A stretch of 64,000 nucleotides of DNA from an uncultured Gammaproteobacteria bacterium (GTDB taxonomy: Bacteria; Patescibacteriota; Microgenomatia; 0-14-0-10-38-17): contig CAYGEH010000001.1 of the NCBI GenBank assembly GCA_964348895.1, positions 6,676 to 70,675 on the forward strand. Reading direction: 5' to 3'. A model generated the notes under the pieces. That model made no database searches. It was not told where the DNA came from and was given only the letters and a program-made list of their open reading frames with translations. Position 1 is the first letter of the stretch; every line of letters starts with the position of its first letter. Of the stretch, positions 8,403-17,292 are shown piece by piece. The position numbers and the translations under genes are program-made.

Positions 8403-10931
8403 TCAAGACCTCTTTCTTATTAGTAAACCATAGCCAGCAATTACCACCAGCGAAAAAAGGCTAACTGTGTTGGCAATTTTTTGAATCTTACTTTCTTGCC
8501 AATAAACCCTAAGATTATGTTCGCCACCAGGCAAGTTAATGGCAATCAAGCCGGTTTTTTCTTGGGGATGGAGATTGCCAAGGTTGCTTTGCCAACTGGG
8601 AAAATAAAATTTAGCAAAAACAACTTCTTTTTCCTGATCTAAATTAATAACGGTTTGACAATAAAAATCTTGACACGGGAGGGCTAAATTAAAGTCGTAA
8701 CGATAATAATCGAGTGGAGCCCAAATGGGTAAAACTTCATTAGCGGTGGTGGTTGTTTGGCTGGCCTCAGGTGAGCCCAAAACTTTTTCTTCACTGATTT
8801 CTCTTTTTATTCTAGGGTAGGGGTAATAAAAAGCGATGGTAATTGTCAAAAAAATTAAAATAATAAAATTTACCCAGAAAAGCTTTTTAAAGCTAATTAT
8901 TTCATTAAAAAGAAAGGTGATTGGAAAAACAAGAGTAAAGTTAAGAAAACCTAAAAAACGCCAAGGAAACTGTGTTCGAGGCAAAAATGGTAGATTCTGC
9001 CATAAAAACGAGGAGCGATGATTCATTAGAAAAATGAGAAAAAAAGAAGCCAAGATAAACAAAATCAAGGGTTTTATTATCGGCGAAGAGAGTTTAATTT
9101 GTTTTTTAAAAAAGTAAATTGTGATTAAAAGCAGGGCAGATAAAAACAACAACAAATGGGGTGGGCCGACCTGAAAGGACATTGAGTCTCCCGGTCCAGG
9201 CAAAGAAACTCCGTAATCCCAAGGGGAATAAACTAACTGACGAATAGTGGGAAAGTGATCCCACCAATTAAAAGCCCTTTCTTTAGAAAGATGAGCAAGG
9301 GGCATTTCTAAAAGAGCTGGAAGCCAGAAAAATGCCGATAAACCTAGGGCAGTTAAAACTGGAAAAGAAAAAATAAAAAACTTCTTGCCAAAGCAAAAAA
9401 CAATAAAAATTAAAAAAAAGATTAAACCCCAAAGGGCAACAATGTTGTGGGCAGTTATTAATGAAGCACCCAATAAAGCAAATAGAAATAAGTTAAGAGG
9501 GGTTATTTTCTTGCTTAAAAATATTTTCTTTGTCAAGCCAAAAAGCCCTGGCAAAAGCATCAGGGCCCAAAATTCCGCCAAGGTTCCTCTAACATAAATA
9601 TTAGAAAAAGTATAAGGAGCAAAGACATAGAAAAAAGCTCCGACCAAAGAGGCAAAAACGGAAAAATAGTTCTTTAAAAATAAAAAAGTAAACCAAAAAC
9701 CTAAACCTAGTCCTAGAACAAAAAGAAGCCTAATTGAAGCAGCTAAAGAAAAGCCTAAAAGATGAAAAAATCCGCCCAAGTAATAAACAAGAGGATAAAG
9801 ATAGTTAAAAACAGGAGCCCCAAGGCCCCCAGCTAACCCCGGAGCCCAACGAGGAGGAAACTGTCCAGCCCTAATCGCCTTATCAAATTCAGCCAGTCTA
9901 ATTAAATGAAAAAAACCATCATGAGAGTCAAAGAATTGATATCTTAATAAAGGAAAAACAGCATAAAGCAACAGACCGCCAATTATCAAAATTAAGGGCA
10001 ATAGACTCCGATAAGGAGAAGCTTTAATTAAAAAATTAATTAAACTGTGTTTTATTATTCCGTGAAATTTTTTACTACTTTCTATTAAATATCGATTCAT
10101 TTTCTGTGGTTCCTTTTTTCCACTAGCACCATGATGGTGAACCATTTTTGCCTGAGGAACATAGTAAACTTTCAATCCCGCCCTGCCAACTCTTTGACAA
10201 AAATTAAGGTCTTCATAATACATAAAGAATTTTTCCTCAAAATGACCAACCAAAGCAATAACTTTTTTGGGAATCAACATTGCCGCCCCCACCACCGCCT
10301 CAACTAAGCTTGGCTGTCCTCCGCGAGGCAAATACTTGCTAAAAACACCACTTTTGTTCAACCAAAACTCTTGAAATGTCCGAGCAATGGTGGGCAGGTT
10401 ATAGCAAGAAGCCTGTGATGTTTTGCCATCTTTATTAAGAAGCTTTGGAGCGACAATGCCAACGTTTTTCTTTTCATTGGCTACTTCAATTAGCTTTGTT
10501 ATTGCTCCTGGTAAAACTCTAATGTCAGGATTTAATAAGAGAAAGTATACCCCCGTTGACTTTTTAAGACCTTGATTTACTGCTCGAGCAAATCCAGCGT
10601 TTTCTGAGTTAAAAATTGTTTTTACTTTTAGGAATTGATTTTGACTGAGCAAAGAAGCTGTTTCTTTAGTTGTTGGTCTTTCTTTCTTGGCAGTTAAGGC
10701 TTCAAGATACTCTCTGGTTCCGTCAGTGGAGTTATTATCAACCACAATTACTTCAAGATTAGCTAAAGACAAGACCTGATCAGAAACCTCTTGGTTATTA
10801 GAAACTACTCTTGGGCTTTTTATCTTCTTAGTAGTAGGAGAACCATTAGCAAGAGAACTAACAATGCTATCCAAGCACTGCTCTAGCAGTTCTTTGGTGT
10901 TGTAAGAAACGATGATGATTGAAAGTAGCAT
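8403..10931 (-). CDS. Fusion protein: N-terminal rhamnosyltransferase-like GT2 domain plus C-terminal polytopic membrane domain of the QFPPRW paralog family (putative GT-C)
   Basis: N-term IIIVSYNTKELLEQCL...VIVVDNNSTDGT...YYEDLNFCQR (GT2); from about aa 300, 12+ TM helices with HDGFFHLIRL...GQFPPRWAPG, NIYVRGTLAEFW, SPWDYG...DSMSFQVG and C-terminal FYFPSWQ plus a final TM. Confidence 0.7.
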   Translation of the reverse strand: MLLSIIIVSYNTKELLEQCLDSIVSSLANGSPTTKKIKSPRVVSNNQEVSDQVLSLANLEVIVVDNNSTDGTREYLEALTAKKERPTTKETASLLSQNQFLKVKTIFNSENAGFARAVNQGLKKSTGVYFLLLNPDIRVLPGAITKLIEVANEKKNVGIVAPKLLNKDGKTSQASCYNLPTIARTFQEFWLNKSGVFSKYLPRGGQPSLVEAVVGAAMLIPKKVIALVGHFEEKFFMYYEDLNFCQRVGRAGLKVYYVPQAKMVHHHGASGKKEPQKMNRYLIESSKKFHGIIKHSLINFLIKASPYRSLLPLILIIGGLLLYAVFPLLRYQFFDSHDGFFHLIRLAEFDKAIRAGQFPPRWAPGLAGGLGAPVFNYLYPLVYYLGGFFHLLGFSLAASIRLLFVLGLGLGFWFTFLFLKNYFSVFASLVGAFFYVFAPYTFSNIYVRGTLAEFWALMLLPGLFGLTKKIFLSKKITPLNLFLFALLGASLITAHNIVALWGLIFFLIFIVFCFGKKFFIFSFPVLTALGLSAFFWLPALLEMPLAHLSKERAFNWWDHFPTIRQLVYSPWDYGVSLPGPGDSMSFQVGPPHLLLFLSALLLITIYFFKKQIKLSSPIIKPLILFILASFFLIFLMNHRSSFLWQNLPFLPRTQFPWRFLGFLNFTLVFPITFLFNEIISFKKLFWVNFIILIFLTITIAFYYPYPRIKREISEEKVLGSPEASQTTTTANEVLPIWAPLDYYRYDFNLALPCQDFYCQTVINLDQEKEVVFAKFYFPSWQSNLGNLHPQEKTGLIAINLPGGEHNLRVYWQESKIQKIANTVSLFSLVVIAGYGLLIRKRS

Positions 10932-11036
10932 AGGGTTTTTAGTTTAGGTTAAGTATAGGGAAAGAGAGAGTTAACAACAAGAGTCTTTCCTTGTTTTGAC
11001 CATCTCATTCTTTTGCCCAAATTATATTTTAAGCCA

Positions 11037-11969
11037 TTAGCTTGCCTGATTGCTTATTTTTTCGAAAACCTCTCTGTCTGATAAAACGGCTAGCCTTTTT
11101 TCTAATCGACGCTTAGTTAAAATTTGGAGTAATTTTAGCCCAGCGGTTAAAAAAACTCCGACATATTTGGGTTGGTAAATTAGACGCTTTAATAAATTAA
11201 AGCAATGATCTGTTATCATTTTTGAATCGTGAATATTTTTCCAAATAAAAAAAAGCTGATTTCTTTGGGCGACAAAATTAATTTTTTGATTAGAAAAGTT
11301 TTGTCGGATAACACTTTCCTCATGACGGTGATCAACTCTGGCTTTTGATTCCCAAATAATCTGATATCCTCTTTTCCAGGCTCGGTAACAAAGATCAGTT
11401 TCTTCAAAATAAAATGGAGCAAAAAGAAGGTCAAGCCCACCAAGTTTTTGCCAAATTGATTTTCTAAACAGAGAGTGGCCCCCAGAAACCCAAAAAGAGA
11501 AACTTGACCCAGTCGTTTTTGAAAAAACCTCTTTCGCAGAAGAAAGATCTAAAAATCCATTTTTAAAATTAATCACTCCTCGTTTCCAGTCGGCATTAGC
11601 GCCAACAGCAAAAGTGTTGGGGTTTTTGAAGTGAGGCAAAAGCGACTCAAAACAGCCGCTTTTAACGACAACGTCAGTGTTAAGCAAGAAAACTAATTCT
11701 GCTTGGGCAAGACTTACCCCTTGATTAACGCTATCAGCAAAACCCCTATTTATTTCTTTTTTTAAAATGATAAATTTTTGAAAAATCTTTTTTTTCTTTA
11801 TTTCTGCCAAAACCATCAAGCTGTTGTCAGAAGAAGCATCATCAACAACAATTACTTCTGTTTTTATTTTTGAACCAGACAAAGCTTTGGCTAAAAGAGG
11901 CAAATTTTTTCCCAACTGCTTTTCTCCATTCCAGTTAGGAATAATAATAGAAATGATTGGTGTTTTCAT
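11037..11969 (-). CDS. Glycosyltransferase family 2
   Basis: ISIIIPNWNGEKQL...VIVVDDASSDNS...DxD-type region; 310 aa, soluble. Confidence 0.8.
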   Translation of the reverse strand: MKTPIISIIIPNWNGEKQLGKNLPLLAKALSGSKIKTEVIVVDDASSDNSLMVLAEIKKKKIFQKFIILKKEINRGFADSVNQGVSLAQAELVFLLNTDVVVKSGCFESLLPHFKNPNTFAVGANADWKRGVINFKNGFLDLSSAKEVFSKTTGSSFSFWVSGGHSLFRKSIWQKLGGLDLLFAPFYFEETDLCYRAWKRGYQIIWESKARVDHRHEESVIRQNFSNQKINFVAQRNQLFFIWKNIHDSKMITDHCFNLLKRLIYQPKYVGVFLTAGLKLLQILTKRRLEKRLAVLSDREVFEKISNQAS

Positions 11970-12700
11970 TGAGTAAACTTTAAAACAATTAGCTTACGAT
12001 AAGGAAAAAAATTAATTTTAGCTAAAAAATTTCTCAAAAAAAAGGTTAAAAAAAACAGTCTGGTTAAATATTTGTTCTGACTAAAACCAAAAAGCAATAA
12101 ACCAAGATGAAGAAAACCACTGGTATTATTAACAATCTTTTTTTTAATAATTTTTTTGTTTTGTTTTTGGGCGATTTTAGTCAACTCAACCACTACTTCC
12201 TCTGTTTTGGGAAGAGAAAACTTAAGATGTTCAGTTAAAAAATTAAATTTTTTTTGATGAGTTTTTTGATAATACCAATTAAGAATCCTATCGACTAAAA
12301 AAGACTGTCTTCCACTAGGAAAGGAAATTAAAAGATATTTTTTGGTCAAAGAAACCATGTTCTTTAAGGCTAGGTTTCTATCACTGGGAGGAAGATGTTC
12401 CATCATGTCAACACTTAAAACCAGATCAAATTGATTTGTGAACCTCTTAGGAATTTTATTGGCTGAGGCAACAATTGGTTTTAAAAATGACGATTTAGAA
12501 TTAGAAAAAGCAACGTCAAAGCCAATAAAATTTTTTTTTAAATAAGGGCCGATACCCAAACTTCCAGATCCCACTTCGGCTATTTTTAACTGACTCTTTC
12601 CGGTAAGATTGTCAATTACTTTTACAATCGGTTGATACCGAAGATAAGTTGTGATGTCAAAGTTGACGGGAATTTTTTTAAAGATTTTTTTCAATTTCGT
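11966..12700 (-). CDS. Class I SAM-dependent methyltransferase (start uncertain)
   Basis: IAEVGSGSLGIGPYL (motif I) and DLVLSVDMMEHLPP (motif II). The 313-aa track ORF (to 12907) overlaps the upstream GT1 gene by about 230 nt, so the real start is probably a non-ATG codon near 12675-12700. Confidence 0.55.
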   Translation of the reverse strand, partial: TKLKKIFKKIPVNFDITTYLRYQPIVKVIDNLTGKSQLKIAEVGSGSLGIGPYLKKNFIGFDVAFSNSKSSFLKPIVASANKIPKRFTNQFDLVLSVDMMEHLPPSDRNLALKNMVSLTKKYLLISFPSGRQSFLVDRILNWYYQKTHQKKFNFLTEHLKFSLPKTEEVVVELTKIAQKQNKKIIKKKIVNNTSGFLHLGLLLFGFSQNKYLTRLFFLTFFLRNFLAKINFFPYRKLIVLKFTQ

Positions 12701-13730
12701 TGGCAAAATTAACAACAGAGAATTGTTTGGCCAAAGGAAGCAAAGAATTAAAAGAGGGTTTCTCGACAGCCACTTTCTTGGTTTTGTTAACCAATTCGTC
12801 TTTCTTGGTCCACAAACAAAGATTCTTTTGGGAGAAATCTCTAAAGATTTCTTTTTGGCCACCAGCCGAATAAACCAGGGGCCAGCAGCCAGAGGCAATT
12901 GCCTCAATGGTGGTCATACCAAAATGCTCTACTTTTTCTGGTTCTTTTTTTTCATCAATACCAAATCCCGCCGCATGCCAAAAGATTTTTGCCTTAGAAT
13001 AAGTTTTTTTTAGTTCTTCAAAAGAGGCGTTAACCTTGAATTCAATCGGATAGTTTTGGGCTTGTTTCCTAAGGCTTTTTAAAAACAAGTTCTTTTCTTC
13101 TTCAGCCAAAGAGCCACCAATTAAAACTAACTTCCAGTTCGAAAGACCATCATCAACCATCTTTTTAAAAACAGAAATTAAAATATCTTGCCTCTTAACA
13201 TTCATTGTTGTTTCAAATCGACCAACGGCAACAATTATTCTTTCTTTTTCTTGAGGAGAAAAGTCGTCAATCGCTACTGGTGGATACCAAACAGACGAGG
13301 ACACACCATATTCTTTGTCAATAATTTTTTTGGTAAAAAAAGAGTTGCAAATTATTTTATCAACAAGCCTTAGCTTCATTATATTAAACAATCCCCTGCC
13401 GTTAACATTGTGAAATGGAACCTGAAAATGAAGCCAGTTTTTTTTAGCCATCATCAACGGAATACTGCCATCAGATACCCAAAAAAGCAAGTCATACTTG
13501 CATTGATTGAAAAAAGACTTTTTTTGTAAAAGATTTTCCTCAATAAGAGCCAGGTTTTTAAGGGGCAAATTAAACCTTCTTCTGGCCTGATCGAGAAGAT
13601 CCTTATTCTTGAAAGTTACCTCAACTTGCCATTTGTTGTTAAGAAGAACCTGGCAGAGGGTTAGAATATATCTTTCTCCTCCCCCCAGAGTTTGGGCGTA
13701 TGGTGTATAAATTGCGGCTCTTTTAATCAC
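12678..13730 (-). CDS. Glycosyltransferase family 1 (GT4-type)
   Basis: C-terminal FGMTTIEAIASGCWPLV motif with E-x7-E-like region; 350 aa. Confidence 0.8.
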   Translation of the reverse strand: MIKRAAIYTPYAQTLGGGERYILTLCQVLLNNKWQVEVTFKNKDLLDQARRRFNLPLKNLALIEENLLQKKSFFNQCKYDLLFWVSDGSIPLMMAKKNWLHFQVPFHNVNGRGLFNIMKLRLVDKIICNSFFTKKIIDKEYGVSSSVWYPPVAIDDFSPQEKERIIVAVGRFETTMNVKRQDILISVFKKMVDDGLSNWKLVLIGGSLAEEEKNLFLKSLRKQAQNYPIEFKVNASFEELKKTYSKAKIFWHAAGFGIDEKKEPEKVEHFGMTTIEAIASGCWPLVYSAGGQKEIFRDFSQKNLCLWTKKDELVNKTKKVAVEKPSFNSLLPLAKQFSVVNFANEIEKNL

Positions 13731-14511
13731 TTTCTTTAGAAGAAACTTGTTTTTCCCAAACTCGAGCCTGAGTAATAAAAACAGAAAAAACTTGATAAAT
13801 AACTTGTATTATTCCTGCTGGTCCATCTAGTAAACCCTGATTTTTTACGCCTCGCCGCCAAAACTCTCCTAGCATTCTTCTAATTATTAAAAGAAAGTTT
13901 GTTTTTTGTCCAGCCTCAAAAAGAAGATTGGCCTCCTTTTCTGAATAACGAATAGTTCTTTCTAGCATTTCTTCAATGCTTTTAATTGCAAGATGAATAA
14001 AGGGGATGTCGACATTAACAATCTCCCCTTTTATTTTAGGAAAACTATGAATTTCTTTTGGCCAATCAATAAAACTTCTTTTTTTGATAAAACGAACCTG
14101 ATAATCAGGCCACCAACCACCTTTTTTTAACCAAAAACCAAAATTAATATTTTTTCTGGCAATGGCCATGGCGCCAACACTGTCTTCAATTTGATTAATT
14201 CTTTCTCTCAAAAAACTGGCCAACTCTGGTGTAATTCTTTCGTCGGCATCTAAAATAAAAACCCAATCACCAGAGCATTTCTTAATACCAAAACTTCTAG
14301 CTGGCTCAACATAACCAGTTTGGACATGAGAATAAACCCTATCGGCTATTTTTTGAGCAATTTTCTTGGTTTGGTCTTCAGACTCCATATCAACAAAAAC
14401 TATTTCGTCTGCTAAAAGGCGGGCCGACTCAAGACATTCGCCAATATCGTCCTCCTCGTTACGAGCAATAATGTTAATCGAAATTTTTGGGGCTATTTTG
14501 TTTCTTGCCAT
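13723..14511 (-). CDS. Glycosyltransferase family 2, WaaE/KdtX-like
   Basis: ISINIIARNEEDDIGECLES...ADEIVFVDMESEDQT...LDADERITPEL closely resembles the WaaE/KdtX signature; 8-nt overlap with the downstream gene. Confidence 0.8.
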   Translation of the reverse strand: MARNKIAPKISINIIARNEEDDIGECLESARLLADEIVFVDMESEDQTKKIAQKIADRVYSHVQTGYVEPARSFGIKKCSGDWVFILDADERITPELASFLRERINQIEDSVGAMAIARKNINFGFWLKKGGWWPDYQVRFIKKRSFIDWPKEIHSFPKIKGEIVNVDIPFIHLAIKSIEEMLERTIRYSEKEANLLFEAGQKTNFLLIIRRMLGEFWRRGVKNQGLLDGPAGIIQVIYQVFSVFITQARVWEKQVSSKESD

Positions 14512-14642
14512 TTAATTTTGCTGAAAAATAAACCAGAAAAAAGGTTTATTTAATTATAATAAGACTAGTGATTAAAACAAGAGATAAAAGTAATTTAAAT
14601 AACAAATTATAACAAGGCGACTAGATGTTGATGCTGTTTATT

Positions 14643-15593
14643 CTATTGAATTAATTTCTTTCCACCAAGATTGCCAATTAAAAAGTCACAAACTGCTGTT
14701 TTTCTGGTTTGATCTTTTCCAAACATTATTCTTAGCAAATCAATTAATAAGAATATTTTTATTCTCCAGTTTCCATGCTTAAAGCCAAAAAGAAGTCGGT
14801 TTCTAGTCAAATAATAATTTTGTAATTTTGAACCAGAACCGCCAGAGGAAGCAGCGTTCTTATGATAAACAAGAGCTCGGGGATTAAATAAAATTTTAAA
14901 ACCAGCCTTGGTTGTTCGCAAAGAAAAGTCTAAATCTTCTAAATATAGGAAAAAACGTTTATCAAAAAAATCAATTTTTTTAAAAACTTCCTTTTTAGCT
15001 AAAAAAGCACAGCCAGTAGCAAAAGAAGACTCTTTTTCTTGATCATGTTGGCCCTGGTCTACTTCGTCAACACCAATGTGACGACCCAAAACATTAATCC
15101 AATCAATTGTTCCGCCGGCATACCAAATTACTCGACCTAAATCTTTTTTTTGATAACGGTCCTGATGAAACTCAAAACCAGGGGCATAATAAATTTTAGG
15201 GGCAATAACTCCCGCTTTAGGATTTTTTTCAGCTGTTTTGATCAGTTCCGTCAAGCAGTTTTGTTCTATTTCTGTGTCGTTGTTAAGAATAAAAAGATAA
15301 TCGGCGCTATTTTTAAGAGCTTGTCTAATCCCCTGATTGTTACCCTCAGCAAAACCTAAGTTTTCTTTGTTTTCTATTAAAACGAAAGAAACCTTTCTGT
15401 TTCGTTTTTGAAACCTAACCTGATCAATTCGTTGTTTTAATTTTTCAACAACCTCAGGCTGAGAAAAGTTGTCGACTAAAATAACTTCTAAGTTTATACT
15501 CTCGCCTCTTTTGGCGGCTAAAACAGAATTAAGGCATTGAACTGTTAGCTCTGGCTGATTCCAGTTAAGAATAATAACAGCCAGTTTTGTCAT
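14643..15593 (-). CDS. Glycosyltransferase family 2, rhamnosyltransferase (WbbL/RfbF)-like
   Basis: AVIILNWNQPELTVQCL...VILVDNFS...FFLYLEDLDFSLR motif; adjacent rml operon supplies dTDP-rhamnose. Confidence 0.75.
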   Translation of the reverse strand: MTKLAVIILNWNQPELTVQCLNSVLAAKRGESINLEVILVDNFSQPEVVEKLKQRIDQVRFQKRNRKVSFVLIENKENLGFAEGNNQGIRQALKNSADYLFILNNDTEIEQNCLTELIKTAEKNPKAGVIAPKIYYAPGFEFHQDRYQKKDLGRVIWYAGGTIDWINVLGRHIGVDEVDQGQHDQEKESSFATGCAFLAKKEVFKKIDFFDKRFFLYLEDLDFSLRTTKAGFKILFNPRALVYHKNAASSGGSGSKLQNYYLTRNRLLFGFKHGNWRIKIFLLIDLLRIMFGKDQTRKTAVCDFLIGNLGGKKLIQ

Positions 15594-17191
15594 TTATTAA
15601 TTTTTCTTAAAACTTTGTAAAAAATAACCTTCGCCTTATTTGTTTCTTTATTAATTAAAAATGTTAGTTGCCAAAAACGCCAATCTTTCTTAATTTTTTT
15701 TAAAACCTTTCCCTGGGGCAGTGGTTGTTTATTAAATCCTTCGAATTCCCAAACCTTAAGATAAATCGCCAGAGTATAAAAGATCATTAAAAACGATAGG
15801 GCCAACCCATGGAAGCCATCTTTCCACCCCTGCAGAGCAAAAAAACGACGAAAAAACTCTTCTATTGGTCGAAAAAAAATATCTGATTCCTGAAGTTTAT
15901 AACCAGAAGAAGTCAACTGTCTGGCTTCAGCATCAGTATAGCGATTTAATCGGTCAATAAAACTAGAAACAGTTTGATAATTATAATGGACTAAAGGACT
16001 TTTTAAATAACCGACGCCTCCTTGAAGAGAAATTCTTTCATGAATTATTTTATCAAAACTACCATACCCCTTAACAAAGAATCTTAGCTGATAATCAGGA
16101 TACCAGCCGGCATGATTAATTGTTTGACCAAAAATAATATTCTTTCTTGGTAAAAAATAACCATTATAAGATAAATCGCTAGTTACTTCTTTTAGCTCTT
16201 TTGCTAATTTAGACGAAACTACTTCATCAGCGTCAAGCGATAAAACCCAGTCTCCTTTGGTTTGGTTAATGGCAAAGTTCTTTTGAGAAGAAAAGTCATC
16301 AAACTCTCGATAGAAAATTTTAGCTTTAAACTTTTGTGCCACTCGATAAGTTTCTCCTTTAGTTTTTTGATCTAAAACAACCACTATTTCATCAGCCATT
16401 TTACTAACAGAAGCTAAAACCTCGTTAATTTTCGGTTCATCTGGTCGAGAAATAATTGCAACGCTGATTTTTTTGGCAGGCTTTTTCCGTCGCCAAGAAG
16501 AACCCTGAAAATGATAAGAAAAGCTATTTAGGGCTCGCTTAAACTCAAAACCAGCTAACTTGGCTTTTTCTATAAAGGCAACGTCATTAGCAGGAGCATC
16601 GCGAGAACCAAATTCACCCTCAGTCGGCCAATTTCCCAAAAAATTAAAATCGCTCTTGTGAACCACCATTGGAATAAAGAAACCATCGTCCATCAAATTA
16701 GGAGTTGCAGTTTTATTTATAAAAGTTAAAAAATCTTTTTCCTGAAACTCTTCGGGATTATGACCAAAATTCTTTTTAATGTTAGTTTTCCAGACCGGAA
16801 TTAAGCCTGGCTCAACCAGCTGTCCTGTCAAAAGACGCTTTCTTTTTTTAAAAACCCACAAAGCCCGATCCCAGTTAGGAGCAAAATATTGATCGTCAGT
16901 AGCAAAAACTAGCCAGTCTTTCGAGGCTAGTTTGGCTCCTAAATTCCAGTTTTTATAAGGACCCAGATTTTCTTTGTTTACAATTGACTTAACTTGGGCA
17001 GTTTTTAAAGTTGACAAAATAGGTTGGCTAACTCCTCCATCTTTGAGGCGATCGACCACAACAATTAACTCGTTTTCAAAGTAACTATTTTTTTTTATTG
17101 ACGAAATCGCCAAGGCTAGTTCTCGATTGGCATTATAGGTGGGAATAATTATAGAAAAGCCAAGTTGTTTTTTAGAAGATGAAACAGCCAT
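15590..17191 (-). CDS. Two-domain glycosyltransferase (tandem GT2 domains)
   Basis: First domain FSIIIPTYNANREL...LIVVVD; second domain ISVAIISRPDEPKINEVL...ADEIVVVLDQKTKGET...LSLDADEVV (WaaE-like); 4-nt overlap with the downstream gene. Confidence 0.75.
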   Translation of the reverse strand: MAVSSSKKQLGFSIIIPTYNANRELALAISSIKKNSYFENELIVVVDRLKDGGVSQPILSTLKTAQVKSIVNKENLGPYKNWNLGAKLASKDWLVFATDDQYFAPNWDRALWVFKKRKRLLTGQLVEPGLIPVWKTNIKKNFGHNPEEFQEKDFLTFINKTATPNLMDDGFFIPMVVHKSDFNFLGNWPTEGEFGSRDAPANDVAFIEKAKLAGFEFKRALNSFSYHFQGSSWRRKKPAKKISVAIISRPDEPKINEVLASVSKMADEIVVVLDQKTKGETYRVAQKFKAKIFYREFDDFSSQKNFAINQTKGDWVLSLDADEVVSSKLAKELKEVTSDLSYNGYFLPRKNIIFGQTINHAGWYPDYQLRFFVKGYGSFDKIIHERISLQGGVGYLKSPLVHYNYQTVSSFIDRLNRYTDAEARQLTSSGYKLQESDIFFRPIEEFFRRFFALQGWKDGFHGLALSFLMIFYTLAIYLKVWEFEGFNKQPLPQGKVLKKIKKDWRFWQLTFLINKETNKAKVIFYKVLRKINK

Positions 17192-17292
17192 GGTAAGCGG
17201 TATTTTAATAAAAAAAGATAATTATCTTATAAAGACAATTAATAAGTTACCTTAATAATATTTTTTTTAATTTAACTAAGTCTATGTTTAGA

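Noticed and set aside
8836-9597. Plus-strand ORFs 8836..9021 and 9385..9597
   Set aside because: Antisense to the GT2-membrane fusion gene; basic low-complexity peptides typical of spurious AT-rich ORFs
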